Shown: piece by piece, positions 46,789 through 56,138 of the stretch
Numbering within the stretch: the first letter of the stretch is position 1
How the letters are laid out: the number at the start of each line of letters is the position of its first letter
DNA from: an uncultured Collinsella sp.
GTDB lineage: Bacteria > Actinomycetota > Coriobacteriia > Coriobacteriales > Coriobacteriaceae
DNA length: 64,000 nucleotides
Reading direction: 5' to 3'
Assembly: GCA_902494815.1 (NCBI GenBank)
Contig: CABUVB010000001.1
Coordinates: 504 to 64,503 of the forward strand
The notes under the pieces: model-generated
Seen by the model: only the letters and a program-made list of their open reading frames with translations
The model's database searches: none
Told to the model about the DNA's origin: nothing
Translations under genes and position numbers: made by a program

Positions 46789-48618
46789 GTGCGCAATCTC
46801 AAAATACTGTTTTCCTATCTAGGGGCATACCGTCGCGATGCCATCCTCGGCGTGTTCTTTGTGTCGGTCGAGACGGTGCTCGAGCTGTTTATCCCGGTCA
46901 TCATGGCCAACATCATCGATGTGGGCGTGCCTGCGGGTGATATCAACTACATGCTGCTACAGGGTGCGTACATGTTGGTGTGCGCTGCGCTTTCGCTGGT
47001 ACTGGGCTTGGGTTATGCCCGCACGTCCGCCCGCGTTGCCTCGGGCCTAGGCGCTAACCTGCGCGAGGCCGAGTACAAAAAGATTCAAACGCTCGCCTTT
47101 GGCAACCTGGACAACTACGACGCCAGCTCGCTCGTCACCCGCATGACCACGGACATCACCGTTATCCAAAATGCTGTGGGCAACGGCTTTCGCCCTATGG
47201 TGCGCGGCCCGGTGACGCTTATCGTCGGCCTTATCTACGCGCTGATGCTGTCGCGCCCGCTCGCCACCGTCTTTGCGATCATCTTGCCCGTGCTGGCAAT
47301 CGTGCTGGGCGTCATCACCTATCGCGTGAGCCCGCTCTACCGCCAACTCCAGACCTCGATGGACCACCTCAACGGCGTGGTACAGGAAGACCTCACCGCC
47401 GTGCGTGCCGTCAAGGCCTACGTTCGTACCGAGCACGAGGAGGCCAAGTTCGACACCGTCAATACCGAGCTCGCGCGCACTGCGACAAAGACCTTTGGCA
47501 GCGCGGTGCTCAACCTGCCGGTGTTTCAGCTGTCGATGTACGTGGCTGCGCTCTCCATCCTGTGGATTGGCGGCCGCATGATTCTCGCCGGCAAGCTGGG
47601 CGTGGGCTCGCTCACGGGCTTTATGAGCTACGTGCTGCTGATCATGAATTCGCTCATGATGATTTCCAACGTGTTTTTGCTGCTCACGCGCGCTCTTACG
47701 AGTGTGGGCCGTATCGCCGAGGTGCTCGATGAGGAGCCCTTTATCGCCAACCCCGCGGGAGACCTCGCGATTGCGGCGCCAGCGGACGGCAGTATCGAGT
47801 TTCGCGACGTTTCCTTTAAATACCGCACGGATGCAGCCGAGGATGTGCTCGAGCATATCGACCTTCGCATCGAGAGCGGCTCGACGGTGGGCATCCTCGG
47901 CGGCACGGGCTCGGGCAAGAGCTCACTTGTGCAGCTGATTGCGCGCCTGTACGACGCTACCGAGGGCGCCGTGCTTGTGGGCGGACGTGACGTGCGTGAC
48001 TACGACCTCGCGACCCTACGCGACGCCGTGGGCATTGTGCTGCAAAAGAACGTGCTGTTTACGGGCACCGTGCGCGAGAATCTGCAGTGGGGCAATCCGC
48101 AGGCGTCGGACGATGAGCTCCTCGCGGCTTGCCGCGCGGCGTGCGTAGACGAGTTCCTTGATCGCATCGGCGGGCTGGACGGCGAGTTGGGCCAAGGCGG
48201 CGCCGGTGTCTCGGGTGGCCAGAAGCAACGCCTGTGCATCGCGCACACGCTGCTCAAGCATCCGCGCGTGCTCATTTTTGATGACTCCACCAGCGCGGTC
48301 GATATGGCGACCGACGCAAAGATTCGCGAGCACATCGCTCGGATTCCCGATGCGACCGTGCTCATCATCGCCCAGCGCATCGCGAGTGTCATGGATGCCG
48401 ATCGCATTGTGGTATTGGACGACGGTCGTGTCCACGGCGTGGGCACGCACGAGGAACTGCTAGCGGGCGACAACATATACCAGGAGATTTATGCCTCGCA
48501 GATGGAGTTTGCGAGGAACGCGGACGCCGGCGACGGCAGCGACGATGGTTGCGCGAATGATCCGTTTTCCTCCGTCGTATGCGGATCACCCTTGGAAGGG
48601 GGTGAGCGCCATGCCTAA
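46789..48618 (+). CDS. ABC exporter, permease plus ATPase, degenerate-site subunit of a heterodimer
   Basis: GGTGSGKS, VSGGQKQR, Walker B FDDSTS (Asp for Glu), AQR for the H-switch. Confidence 0.93.
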   Translation: MRNLKILFSYLGAYRRDAILGVFFVSVETVLELFIPVIMANIIDVGVPAGDINYMLLQGAYMLVCAALSLVLGLGYARTSARVASGLGANLREAEYKKIQTLAFGNLDNYDASSLVTRMTTDITVIQNAVGNGFRPMVRGPVTLIVGLIYALMLSRPLATVFAIILPVLAIVLGVITYRVSPLYRQLQTSMDHLNGVVQEDLTAVRAVKAYVRTEHEEAKFDTVNTELARTATKTFGSAVLNLPVFQLSMYVAALSILWIGGRMILAGKLGVGSLTGFMSYVLLIMNSLMMISNVFLLLTRALTSVGRIAEVLDEEPFIANPAGDLAIAAPADGSIEFRDVSFKYRTDAAEDVLEHIDLRIESGSTVGILGGTGSGKSSLVQLIARLYDATEGAVLVGGRDVRDYDLATLRDAVGIVLQKNVLFTGTVRENLQWGNPQASDDELLAACRAACVDEFLDRIGGLDGELGQGGAGVSGGQKQRLCIAHTLLKHPRVLIFDDSTSAVDMATDAKIREHIARIPDATVLIIAQRIASVMDADRIVVLDDGRVHGVGTHEELLAGDNIYQEIYASQMEFARNADAGDGSDDGCANDPFSSVVCGSPLEGGERHA

Positions 48619-50509
48619 GACCGCAGCCCAAGCACGCCCGGCCGACCTCAAGCGCACTGTACGCCGCTTGCTCTCCTACATGGGGCATGCCAAGTTCTCG
48701 TTGCTCGCGGTGGGCGTGCTCGCCTCCGTTGCCGCCATCGCGAGCCTCGCCGGCACCTACATGGTGCGCCCCATCGTTAACGGTTTGGCCACGGGCGGGG
48801 AGGAACTGCTCGCCAAGCAGGTCATCCTGACGGCGATCATCTACGCTGCGAGCGTGCTCTCGGCCCTGGGCTACTCGCAGATTATGGTGCGCGCGGCCCA
48901 ACACGTGGTGTCCGATATTCGCCGCGACCTGTTCGCGCACATCCAGACGCTGCCGCTCAGTTATTTTGACAGCACGCGCTCGGGCGACATCATGAGTTTT
49001 TTCACCAACGACGTCGACACCGTCTCCGAGGCGCTCAACAACAGCTTTGCCAACGTGATTCAGGCCGCCATTCAGGTTGTGGGCACCACGGCTATGCTCA
49101 TCATCCTTAACTGGCAGCTCACGATTATCACACTCGTGTGCGATGCGGCCATTGTGCTGTATGCACGCTACTCGGGCGCGCGCTCTAAGCGTTTCTTTGC
49201 CGCCCAGCAGGCATCGCTTGGCGACCTGGACGGATATATCGAAGAAATGGTCTCGGGCCAAAAGGTCATCAAGGTCTTTAACCGTGAGGCAGCGAATGTC
49301 GTCGGCTTCACCTGCCGCAACGACGAGCTTCGCCGCACCGGCACCGCCGCCGTGAGCTATGCCAACTCCATGGTGCCCATGACCGTCGTGATTGGCTACG
49401 TCAACTATGCCATCGTCGCCGTGGCGGGCGGCATGCTCTGCATCAAGGGGCTCGCCGATGTGGGCGCACTTGCAAGCTACCTGGTCTTTGTGCGCCAGGC
49501 CGCCATGCCCATCAACCAGTTTACGCAGCTCGGCAACTTCTTGCTCAACGCGTTGGCCGGTGCCGAGCGCCTGTTTGCGGCTATGGACCTTGAGCCCGAG
49601 GTGGACGAGGGCTGCGTGGAGCTGGTGCAGACGGGCGACGCCGCGTGGGCGTGGAAGATTCCCGAGGGCCAGGGCGTGGGCGCGTACGGGCACTTGCATG
49701 ACGTGGCAGCCGTTGATGAGTCGGGCCGCGCGGTGGCCGCCGACGGCACCGAGCTCACGTGCGGCTTGGTCCCGCTTGCCGGCGACGTGCGCTTCCATGC
49801 CGTGGACTTTTCCTACGTGCCGGGCGCCCGCGTGCTCACGGACCTCAACCTGTTTGCCAAGCCGGGGCAAAAGATTGCGTTTGTGGGCTCCACGGGCGCC
49901 GGCAAGACGACCATCACCAACCTCATCAACCGCTTCTACGAGGTCGATGACGGCGAGATCACGTACGACGGCATCGACGTCAAGCACATTGCCAAGGCCA
50001 GCCTGCGCGGGTCGCTCGGCATTGTGCTGCAGGACACGCACCTGTTTAGCGGCACCATTGCGCAGAACATCCGCTTTGGCAAGCTCGACGCGACCGACGA
50101 GGAGGTGCGCGCCGCTGCCGAGGCCGCCTGCGCCGACTCGTTTATCCGCCGCCTGCCGCGGGGCTACGACACACCGGTCACGGCCGACGGCGCCAACCTG
50201 TCGCAGGGTCAGCGTCAGCTGCTCGCCATCGCGCGCGTGGCCGTCGCCGATCCGCCGGTGCTCATCCTGGACGAGGCCACGAGCTCCATTGACACGCGTA
50301 CCGAAAAGCTCATCGAGCGCGGTATGGACCGCATCATGCGCGGTCGCACCACGTTTATGATCGCGCACCGCCTGTCCACTGTCCGCGACGCCGACGCCAT
50401 CATGGTCCTCGAACACGGCCGCATCATCGAGCGCGGCACGCACGAAGAGCTGCTCGCCCAGCACGGCGAGTACTGGCAGCTGGCGCATGGCTTAAAAGAG
50501 TTGGATTAA
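48611..50509 (+). CDS. ABC exporter, permease plus ATPase, partner subunit
   Basis: GSTGAGKT, LSQGQRQ, LDEATS, AHRLST; overlaps the previous gene. Confidence 0.93.
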   Translation: MPKTAAQARPADLKRTVRRLLSYMGHAKFSLLAVGVLASVAAIASLAGTYMVRPIVNGLATGGEELLAKQVILTAIIYAASVLSALGYSQIMVRAAQHVVSDIRRDLFAHIQTLPLSYFDSTRSGDIMSFFTNDVDTVSEALNNSFANVIQAAIQVVGTTAMLIILNWQLTIITLVCDAAIVLYARYSGARSKRFFAAQQASLGDLDGYIEEMVSGQKVIKVFNREAANVVGFTCRNDELRRTGTAAVSYANSMVPMTVVIGYVNYAIVAVAGGMLCIKGLADVGALASYLVFVRQAAMPINQFTQLGNFLLNALAGAERLFAAMDLEPEVDEGCVELVQTGDAAWAWKIPEGQGVGAYGHLHDVAAVDESGRAVAADGTELTCGLVPLAGDVRFHAVDFSYVPGARVLTDLNLFAKPGQKIAFVGSTGAGKTTITNLINRFYEVDDGEITYDGIDVKHIAKASLRGSLGIVLQDTHLFSGTIAQNIRFGKLDATDEEVRAAAEAACADSFIRRLPRGYDTPVTADGANLSQGQRQLLAIARVAVADPPVLILDEATSSIDTRTEKLIERGMDRIMRGRTTFMIAHRLSTVRDADAIMVLEHGRIIERGTHEELLAQHGEYWQLAHGLKELD

Positions 50510-50558
50510 CCCGTTCGAGCACGATGCTTTGACCCCTCCGTGCCTCTCACCTCGCCTC

Positions 50559-50623
50559 AAACCATCACAACATTCGACGTTTTTTGCCAAAATCGGGAAA
50601 AGCGTCGAATGTTGTGATGGTTT
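50559..50623. repeat. 65-bp palindrome, family A, copy 1
   Basis: 21-bp perfect inverted repeat AAACCATCACAACATTCGACG / CGTCGAATGTTGTGATGGTTT. Confidence 0.92.
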
Positions 50624-50724
50624 TTCTGCCACTCGACCGGGCGGAATCGCTTTCTTGCGCGCGAAGGTGTGCGGACCCGTGGGCAGGGGAATAAGGTTGG
50701 TTATCCGACTCCATTGGAGGGCTC

Positions 50725-51762
50725 ATGGACCTGCCGATCGTCCTGTCCCATAAGACTGCCTGGCTGTACCACAACGTGGAGCGTCCGTTTGAGCCGCTCT
50801 CGCGAGCAAGCAGCCTATACGATGAGGACTCGCTTGCTAACGAGGCGGAGCCGACCGCGGGCCTGCCCAAATTGGGACTCGATGCCAAGGGGCTGAGGGC
50901 TTCAACGGCAGTTGGGATCGTTACCGACTATCTGGTCTCACTTGGTATTCCACGAGAAGAGCTCGATCATATCGACACGCTCGTCAACTTCGATTTTGAG
51001 CGCTCGACGCCGGCTGGATTTAGGTGCCACGTGTTTGGGGCGCCGGTACCTCCAGGCCATCTTATCGAGGTGGCAGAGGGCCTTCTGGTGGTTGATGAGG
51101 CCATGTGCTTTGTCCAAGCGGGTTCGTGGATGAGCGAGCCCGAGCAGCTGGAATATGGCTACGAAATCTGCGCCCGATACCATTTGAATCATCTGTCGAC
51201 AGGCGATTATGTCGAGATGGGGCAGAGGTACACCGTTGCCGACTTGATTGCCTATTGCAATGAGAACCGATCTCGTCAGGGGGCTATACGCGCGGCCGCC
51301 GTGCTCAAGCGCGTGCACGATGGCGCGCGATCGCCCATGGAGACGGCCACCGCAATCATGGTCGTAGCAAAGCGTTCCCAGGGAGGGCTGGGATACGCCA
51401 AGATCGAGCTCAACCATCGGGTCGATGTTCCCAACGAGTTCAAGTATCTCGCAAAGGCCGGGTATTTCGAGATCGACGTATATGCGCCTGCGAGCGGTAC
51501 GGGGATTGAATACAACGGCTCGGACCATCTTGATAAACAACGCAGCGCGTCGGATGCGGAGCGTATGACCGTGCTGAGCGCGCTGGGCTTTAGGATGATC
51601 GTCCTCACCGGGACTCAGTTTGCCCACCAGCTGCAATTGCACCGGGCGATGAATGCCATCGCACTCGCTATGGGCCTTAAGTGCGACCGAAGCGAAGCGT
51701 TCCAAAAGCGGCAGAACGACCTGCGAGAATTCGTGATTCGACACTGGGATGGCGGCCTTTAG
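50725..51762 (+). CDS. Protein with C-terminal DUF559/Vsr-like PD-(D/E)xK endonuclease domain
   Basis: ARSPMET, ELNHRV, FEIDVY..GIEYNGSDH, D..R..L..LGF..I.LT; GGAGGG RBS. Confidence 0.75.
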   Translation: MDLPIVLSHKTAWLYHNVERPFEPLSRASSLYDEDSLANEAEPTAGLPKLGLDAKGLRASTAVGIVTDYLVSLGIPREELDHIDTLVNFDFERSTPAGFRCHVFGAPVPPGHLIEVAEGLLVVDEAMCFVQAGSWMSEPEQLEYGYEICARYHLNHLSTGDYVEMGQRYTVADLIAYCNENRSRQGAIRAAAVLKRVHDGARSPMETATAIMVVAKRSQGGLGYAKIELNHRVDVPNEFKYLAKAGYFEIDVYAPASGTGIEYNGSDHLDKQRSASDAERMTVLSALGFRMIVLTGTQFAHQLQLHRAMNAIALAMGLKCDRSEAFQKRQNDLREFVIRHWDGGL

Positions 51763-51802
51763 GGGCGCTTTGGTCCTTCTACGGGGTGCCGTGGGCAGGC
51801 AG

Positions 51803-51863
51803 ACCATCACAACATTCGACGTTTTTTGCCAAAAACGAGAAAAGCATCGAATGTTGTGATGGT
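51803..51863. repeat. Palindrome family A, copy 2 (same orientation as copy 1)
   Basis: ACCATCACAACATTCGA / TCGAATGTTGTGATGGT with near-identical loop. Confidence 0.92.
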
Positions 51864-51997
51864 ATGCGTGTTGAGGATGGGCTTGGAAAGTCCGTTTTGC
51901 TCGAAGCGACCTGTCCTGTCGTACGGGTGTCGGCATGATTCTCGCATGGGGTATTATGTTTTCCGAAGAATAAAACGCCGCGTGAGGGGAGGGTTGC

Positions 51998-53059
51998 GTG
52001 GACGGGCACGTGCAACATGACGGCTTTGGCCGCGATATCAACTACCTGCGCATTGCCGTTACCGACAAGTGCAATTTCCGCTGCATTTACTGCATGCCGG
52101 CCGATGGCGTGGCGCCCCGTGCACACGACGAGCTGCTCAGCGCCGAGGAAATCGCCCGCTTTGTGCGCATGGTGGCGGGGGAGGGCATTCGCCGCGTACG
52201 CCTGACGGGTGGCGAGCCGCTGGTCAGCCGCCGTATTATTCCGCTCATTCGTGATATCCGCGCGATTCCGCAGATCGAGGACATTTCGCTCACCACCAAT
52301 GGCGCCCTGCTGCCCAAGCTGGCGCCGCAGCTCAAAGACGCCGGTCTTAACCGCGTCAACATTTCGCTCGACACGCTCGACCCTACGCTCTTTGGAAAGA
52401 TCACGCGCCTGGGTCGACTCGAGCAGACCATGGCCGGCATCGACGCGGCGCTGGCTTGGGGCTTTGAGCCCGTTAAGGTCAACTGCGTTGTGGTGCGCCG
52501 ACTCAACCAGGATGTGGCGGCCCTTGCGCGGCTCACGCTCGACCGACCCATCCACCTGCGCTTTATCGAATACATGCCCATCGGTGACGAGCGCACGAGC
52601 TCGCATTGCGCCGTAGACCCTCACGCGCCCGCGCTCAATCCCGAGCTGTGGGACGCGAGCGACACCGTGCCGAGCGACGAGCTGCGGGCGCGCATCAATG
52701 CCGGGGCCGCGGCGGCGGGACTGGGCGAGCTCGAGCTCGAGCCGCTCGACATCAACGACGCTCCTGCCGGCGCGGGCCCTGCGCGCTATTGGCACTTTCC
52801 GGGCGCGGCGGGAACGGTTGGCTTCATCAGCGCCATGTCCAATCATTTTTGTGCGAATTGCAACCGTCTGCGCCTGACGGCCGATGGCAACGTGCGTCCA
52901 TGCCTGTTCAGCGATGCCGAGTATTCGGTGCGTGAGGCGTTGCGCCGTGGTGATGATATGCAGGTACTTTCGATTTGGCGCGATGCCGTGGCCCACAAAC
53001 CGCAGGAACACGCGATAATTGAGGGCACGCAACGATTTATGTCCCAAATCGGAGGATGA
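51998..53059 (+). CDS. moaA: GTP 3',8-cyclase (radical SAM)
   Basis: YLRIAVTDKCNFRCIYCM, LTGGEPL, FCANCNRLRLT..C, MSQIGG C-terminus. Confidence 0.97.
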   Translation: MDGHVQHDGFGRDINYLRIAVTDKCNFRCIYCMPADGVAPRAHDELLSAEEIARFVRMVAGEGIRRVRLTGGEPLVSRRIIPLIRDIRAIPQIEDISLTTNGALLPKLAPQLKDAGLNRVNISLDTLDPTLFGKITRLGRLEQTMAGIDAALAWGFEPVKVNCVVVRRLNQDVAALARLTLDRPIHLRFIEYMPIGDERTSSHCAVDPHAPALNPELWDASDTVPSDELRARINAGAAAAGLGELELEPLDINDAPAGAGPARYWHFPGAAGTVGFISAMSNHFCANCNRLRLTADGNVRPCLFSDAEYSVREALRRGDDMQVLSIWRDAVAHKPQEHAIIEGTQRFMSQIGG

Positions 53060-53063
53060 TCAT

Positions 53064-54368
53064 ATGGCCAAGAGCAGGTACGCCGATGCCACCAAGGCCG
53101 CTCGCAGGGCCGCGATGTCTGCCCACAAAGTCACGGCTGCGGCGAATGCTGGCAACGCCGACGCGTCCGCGCAACCGACTGCCAGCGCTGCCGCCGAGCC
53201 CGCCCGCGACGCCCGTCGCGACGAGCTGACGCACGTGGACGCCAAGGGCGAGGTACGCATGGTCGACGTGTCCGACAAGGCCGAGACTCATCGCATTGCC
53301 ATCGCCGAGGGTACCATCCTCATGCATCCCGAGACGCAGGCCATGGTGCTGCAGGACCGCGCCAAAAAGGGCGACGTGCTCGCCTGCGCGCGCGTGGCGG
53401 GCATCATGGCCATCAAGCGCACGAGCGATATCATTCCCATGTGCCATCCGCTGCTCATTACCAAGAGCAAGTGCGACATTGAGCCCATCGCTCCGGCGGG
53501 GACGCCGGCCGAGGACGTGCCCGAGGGCTGGGCGCCGGCGCGCGTGGACGGACAAGTTGGCTTTCACGTACTGGTCACGGCGGGCGTGACGGGCAAGACG
53601 GGTATCGAGATGGAGGCCCTGACCGGCGCGAGTGCCGCGTGTCTGACCATCTACGACATGTGCAAGGCGGTCGATCGCGGCATGGAGATCGTCGACGTGC
53701 GCCTGCTGCACAAGGAGGGCGGCCGCTCGGGCGTATGGGACCGCGCAGAGCGTCAGGCCGCTGCTGTTGAGTCCGTGGCCGCTGACGGCGCCGCGCCCGC
53801 GAGCGCACCCGTCGCCGTCGCGCCCGCAGCTCCGACACCGGCCGTCCCCGCGATTGCGTTTATCGGCTACCAAAACTCGGGCAAGACCACGCTCGTCGAG
53901 AAGGTTATCGCCGAGCTCACCCGCCGCGGTCTGCGCGTGGGTTCGCTCAAACACCACGGGCACCACGGCTTCGATATCGATGTGCCCGCTAAGGATACGT
54001 GGCGCCATCACCAGGCCGGATCCAAGCACGTGGGCCTCGTCTGCGCCACGCGCTGGGCGGAGTACGCCGACACGCGCGAGGAGGACGAGATGTCCGCGCG
54101 CGAGCTGCTGTCGCGTTACAACGATGTCGACGTGGTGATCATCGAGGGCTACAAGACCGAGGGCTTCGACAACATCGTGGTCGCGCGCTCCGGTGTCGAC
54201 CGTCTGCGCGGCAAGAGCTCGCCCGACCTGGTCGATGGCCACACGCTGGCCCTTGCCTGCAACGAGGCCCTGGCGCGTCAGGCCTTCGACGCCGGCTTTG
54301 CGACCCGAGCCATCAACATCAACGACGCCCGAGCCATCTGCGATCTCATCCAAGACCATCTGGCCTAA
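53064..54368 (+). CDS. moaC: Fusion of cyclic pyranopterin monophosphate synthase MoaC and MobB
   Basis: LTHVD..MVDVSDK, IPMCHP, TGIEMEAL, IYDMCKAVD, KEGGRSG; Ala/Pro linker; then GYQNSGKTT, KHHGH, KDTWRH, IIEGYK. Confidence 0.92.
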   Translation: MAKSRYADATKAARRAAMSAHKVTAAANAGNADASAQPTASAAAEPARDARRDELTHVDAKGEVRMVDVSDKAETHRIAIAEGTILMHPETQAMVLQDRAKKGDVLACARVAGIMAIKRTSDIIPMCHPLLITKSKCDIEPIAPAGTPAEDVPEGWAPARVDGQVGFHVLVTAGVTGKTGIEMEALTGASAACLTIYDMCKAVDRGMEIVDVRLLHKEGGRSGVWDRAERQAAAVESVAADGAAPASAPVAVAPAAPTPAVPAIAFIGYQNSGKTTLVEKVIAELTRRGLRVGSLKHHGHHGFDIDVPAKDTWRHHQAGSKHVGLVCATRWAEYADTREEDEMSARELLSRYNDVDVVIIEGYKTEGFDNIVVARSGVDRLRGKSSPDLVDGHTLALACNEALARQAFDAGFATRAININDARAICDLIQDHLA

Positions 54369-54425
54369 AACCTGCCAAAAAGGGATAGGTTTATTTTGGC
54401 AGGTTTTATCTGGGCAAACGTCACT

Positions 54426-54460
54426 TCCACCACAAAGGGGCCAAGCACCTTTGTGGTGGA
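54426..54460. repeat. REP-like hairpin, family C, copy 2
   Basis: TCCACCACAAAGG-GGCCAAGCA-CCTTTGTGGTGGA; preceded by a separate hairpin AAAACCTGCCAAAA..TTTTGGCAGGTTTT at 54367-54407. Confidence 0.8.
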
Positions 54461-54633
54461 TTTTGCTTTAGTAGATGTGTGGGACATGCCTTACAATCTA
54501 CCAAGTAGTTCATGACGGGCGAAAAACGGAGAGAAGGGGCTAGATGCGTCCTTAATGTTTCATGCGGATAGATTGATTTGACAGACGGTGGCGAATGCCC
54601 GCCGTCCGCATTCGTATGAAACAAGGAGTCTCC

Positions 54634-55914
54634 ATGCTCACCTCTCTTTTCTCAAAGCCTCAATCATCGCTGTCCGTGCAGGCCAAGCGCCTGGTGGCGA
54701 TGCGCTTTCTCATCTACACCGGTTTTCAGACCAGCTACTTTATCGGCGTCATCGGAACGCTCACCTATGCAGATGATGCCTCGGTCGTCGCGACATCGCT
54801 GGCCGTCCTTTTTATGAACGTATTTGTGATCTTGGGATCCTTTGCGGGTGGAGCGGCGCTCGACGCCTGGGGCCCACGTCGCCATTTCATGCTGAGCATC
54901 GTTGGCACGTTGGCAACCGGCGCGGCAATCCTCGCCTTTGGCAGCGCGACCGGAACAGTCCTTGCCGGCGCGGTACTCCTGGGCTTTGTGATGGGATTCG
55001 CCCAGCCCATCGCTACGTCCTATCCGGCGTATCTCACCGACGATCCCGTCGAGCTCAAAGACATCAACTCCGCCATAACCATGTTCTCCAACGTGAGTAT
55101 CATCATTGGCCCCACACTGGGCGGCTTTGTTGCGGCGACTGCGTCGTCGCGCGCGGTGTTTGTGCTCATGATGCTCTTTACAGTGCTGGCGCTCATTGCC
55201 GGTTGGGGCTTTAAGCCGCAGACCAGCCATGTCGCCGGGCATGCGGATGCCGATTCGGCAGAGGAAGGGGAGCGTGCGGGACGAAGCTCCAACCCCAGCA
55301 CGTCCTCCCGCGTCACCTTTGCGACCAGCATCAAGACGGTCTTTACCAACAGCGTCCTCGCGCTACTTTTCTGCATCATCTTCCTCTCGAACTTTGGCTA
55401 CGGTGCCTTCGATCCGCTGGAGTCGTTCTTCTACCGCGATGTCCTGCACGTCGGCGTTGAGTGGATGGGCTGGCTCTCGTCGGCCAGCGGTGTCGGCGCG
55501 GTGCTGGGCGCCGTGGTCGCGCTCCGCTTGCCGCCGCACCTGGTCAACCTTAAAACCCTGCTCGTGGCGCTCATGTCCGTGGGCGTGGGAAGTCTGATTT
55601 ACGTGGGGACACCGTACGTGGGTGTAGCCCTTGTCGGCCAGATTGCCCTGGGCGTGGCCTGGGGCGTCGTCAACCCGCTCCACAACACGATCGTGCAAAC
55701 GACGGCCCCGCTCGAGCAGCTCGGTCGCGTCAACTCGGTCATGGGATTTGGCAACATGTTTGCCGGCGTAGCCCCGCTGGCGATTGCCCCGTGGCTGGCG
55801 GCGACATTTGGCGTGCAGCAGACGCTCGTGGGGGCGGGCATGGTTGTGACGGCGGTTCCCGCGGCGTTGCTGTTGTTTGGCCGCCGGCATTGTGATCGTG
55901 CCGCAAGGCGGTAA
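54634..55914 (+). CDS. MFS transporter (DHA3/macrolide-efflux-like), substrate unknown
   Basis: ~12 hydrophobic segments, GAALDAWGPRR, IIGPTLGG, Q..AP.EQLGRV. Confidence 0.85.
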   Translation: MLTSLFSKPQSSLSVQAKRLVAMRFLIYTGFQTSYFIGVIGTLTYADDASVVATSLAVLFMNVFVILGSFAGGAALDAWGPRRHFMLSIVGTLATGAAILAFGSATGTVLAGAVLLGFVMGFAQPIATSYPAYLTDDPVELKDINSAITMFSNVSIIIGPTLGGFVAATASSRAVFVLMMLFTVLALIAGWGFKPQTSHVAGHADADSAEEGERAGRSSNPSTSSRVTFATSIKTVFTNSVLALLFCIIFLSNFGYGAFDPLESFFYRDVLHVGVEWMGWLSSASGVGAVLGAVVALRLPPHLVNLKTLLVALMSVGVGSLIYVGTPYVGVALVGQIALGVAWGVVNPLHNTIVQTTAPLEQLGRVNSVMGFGNMFAGVAPLAIAPWLAATFGVQQTLVGAGMVVTAVPAALLLFGRRHCDRAARR

Positions 55915-55979
55915 AAACCATCACAACATTCGATGAAAATTGCGATTTTGCCGAAAAACGTCGAATGTTGTGATGGTTT
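55915..55979. repeat. Palindrome family A, copy 3 (solo, opposite orientation)
   Basis: AAACCATCACAACATTCGA / TCGAATGTTGTGATGGTTT starting at the base after the MFS stop; loop resembles the reverse complement of the copy 1 loop. Confidence 0.9.
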
Positions 55980-56010
55980 GCGCTCCGGCCAGGCCACCCT
56001 TCGGGTTCGG

Positions 56011-56044
56011 CCACCACAAGGGGGGGCAGGCACCTTTGTGGCGG
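56011..56044. repeat. REP-like hairpin, family C, copy 3
   Basis: CCACCACAAGGGGGGGCAGGCACCTTTGTGGCGG. Confidence 0.75.
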
Positions 56045-56138
56045 TTTTTGCTTTGATAGGCCGCGCCTGCGCCTTGGTATACCATATACACCATTTCCGA
56101 CCACATTCAGCACCGCCGCACAACCCAGAAAGGACCCC

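Noticed and set aside
46789..48618. ABC subunit with Asp/Gln at catalytic positions as a pseudogene
   Set aside because: This is the normal degenerate site of heterodimeric ABC exporters
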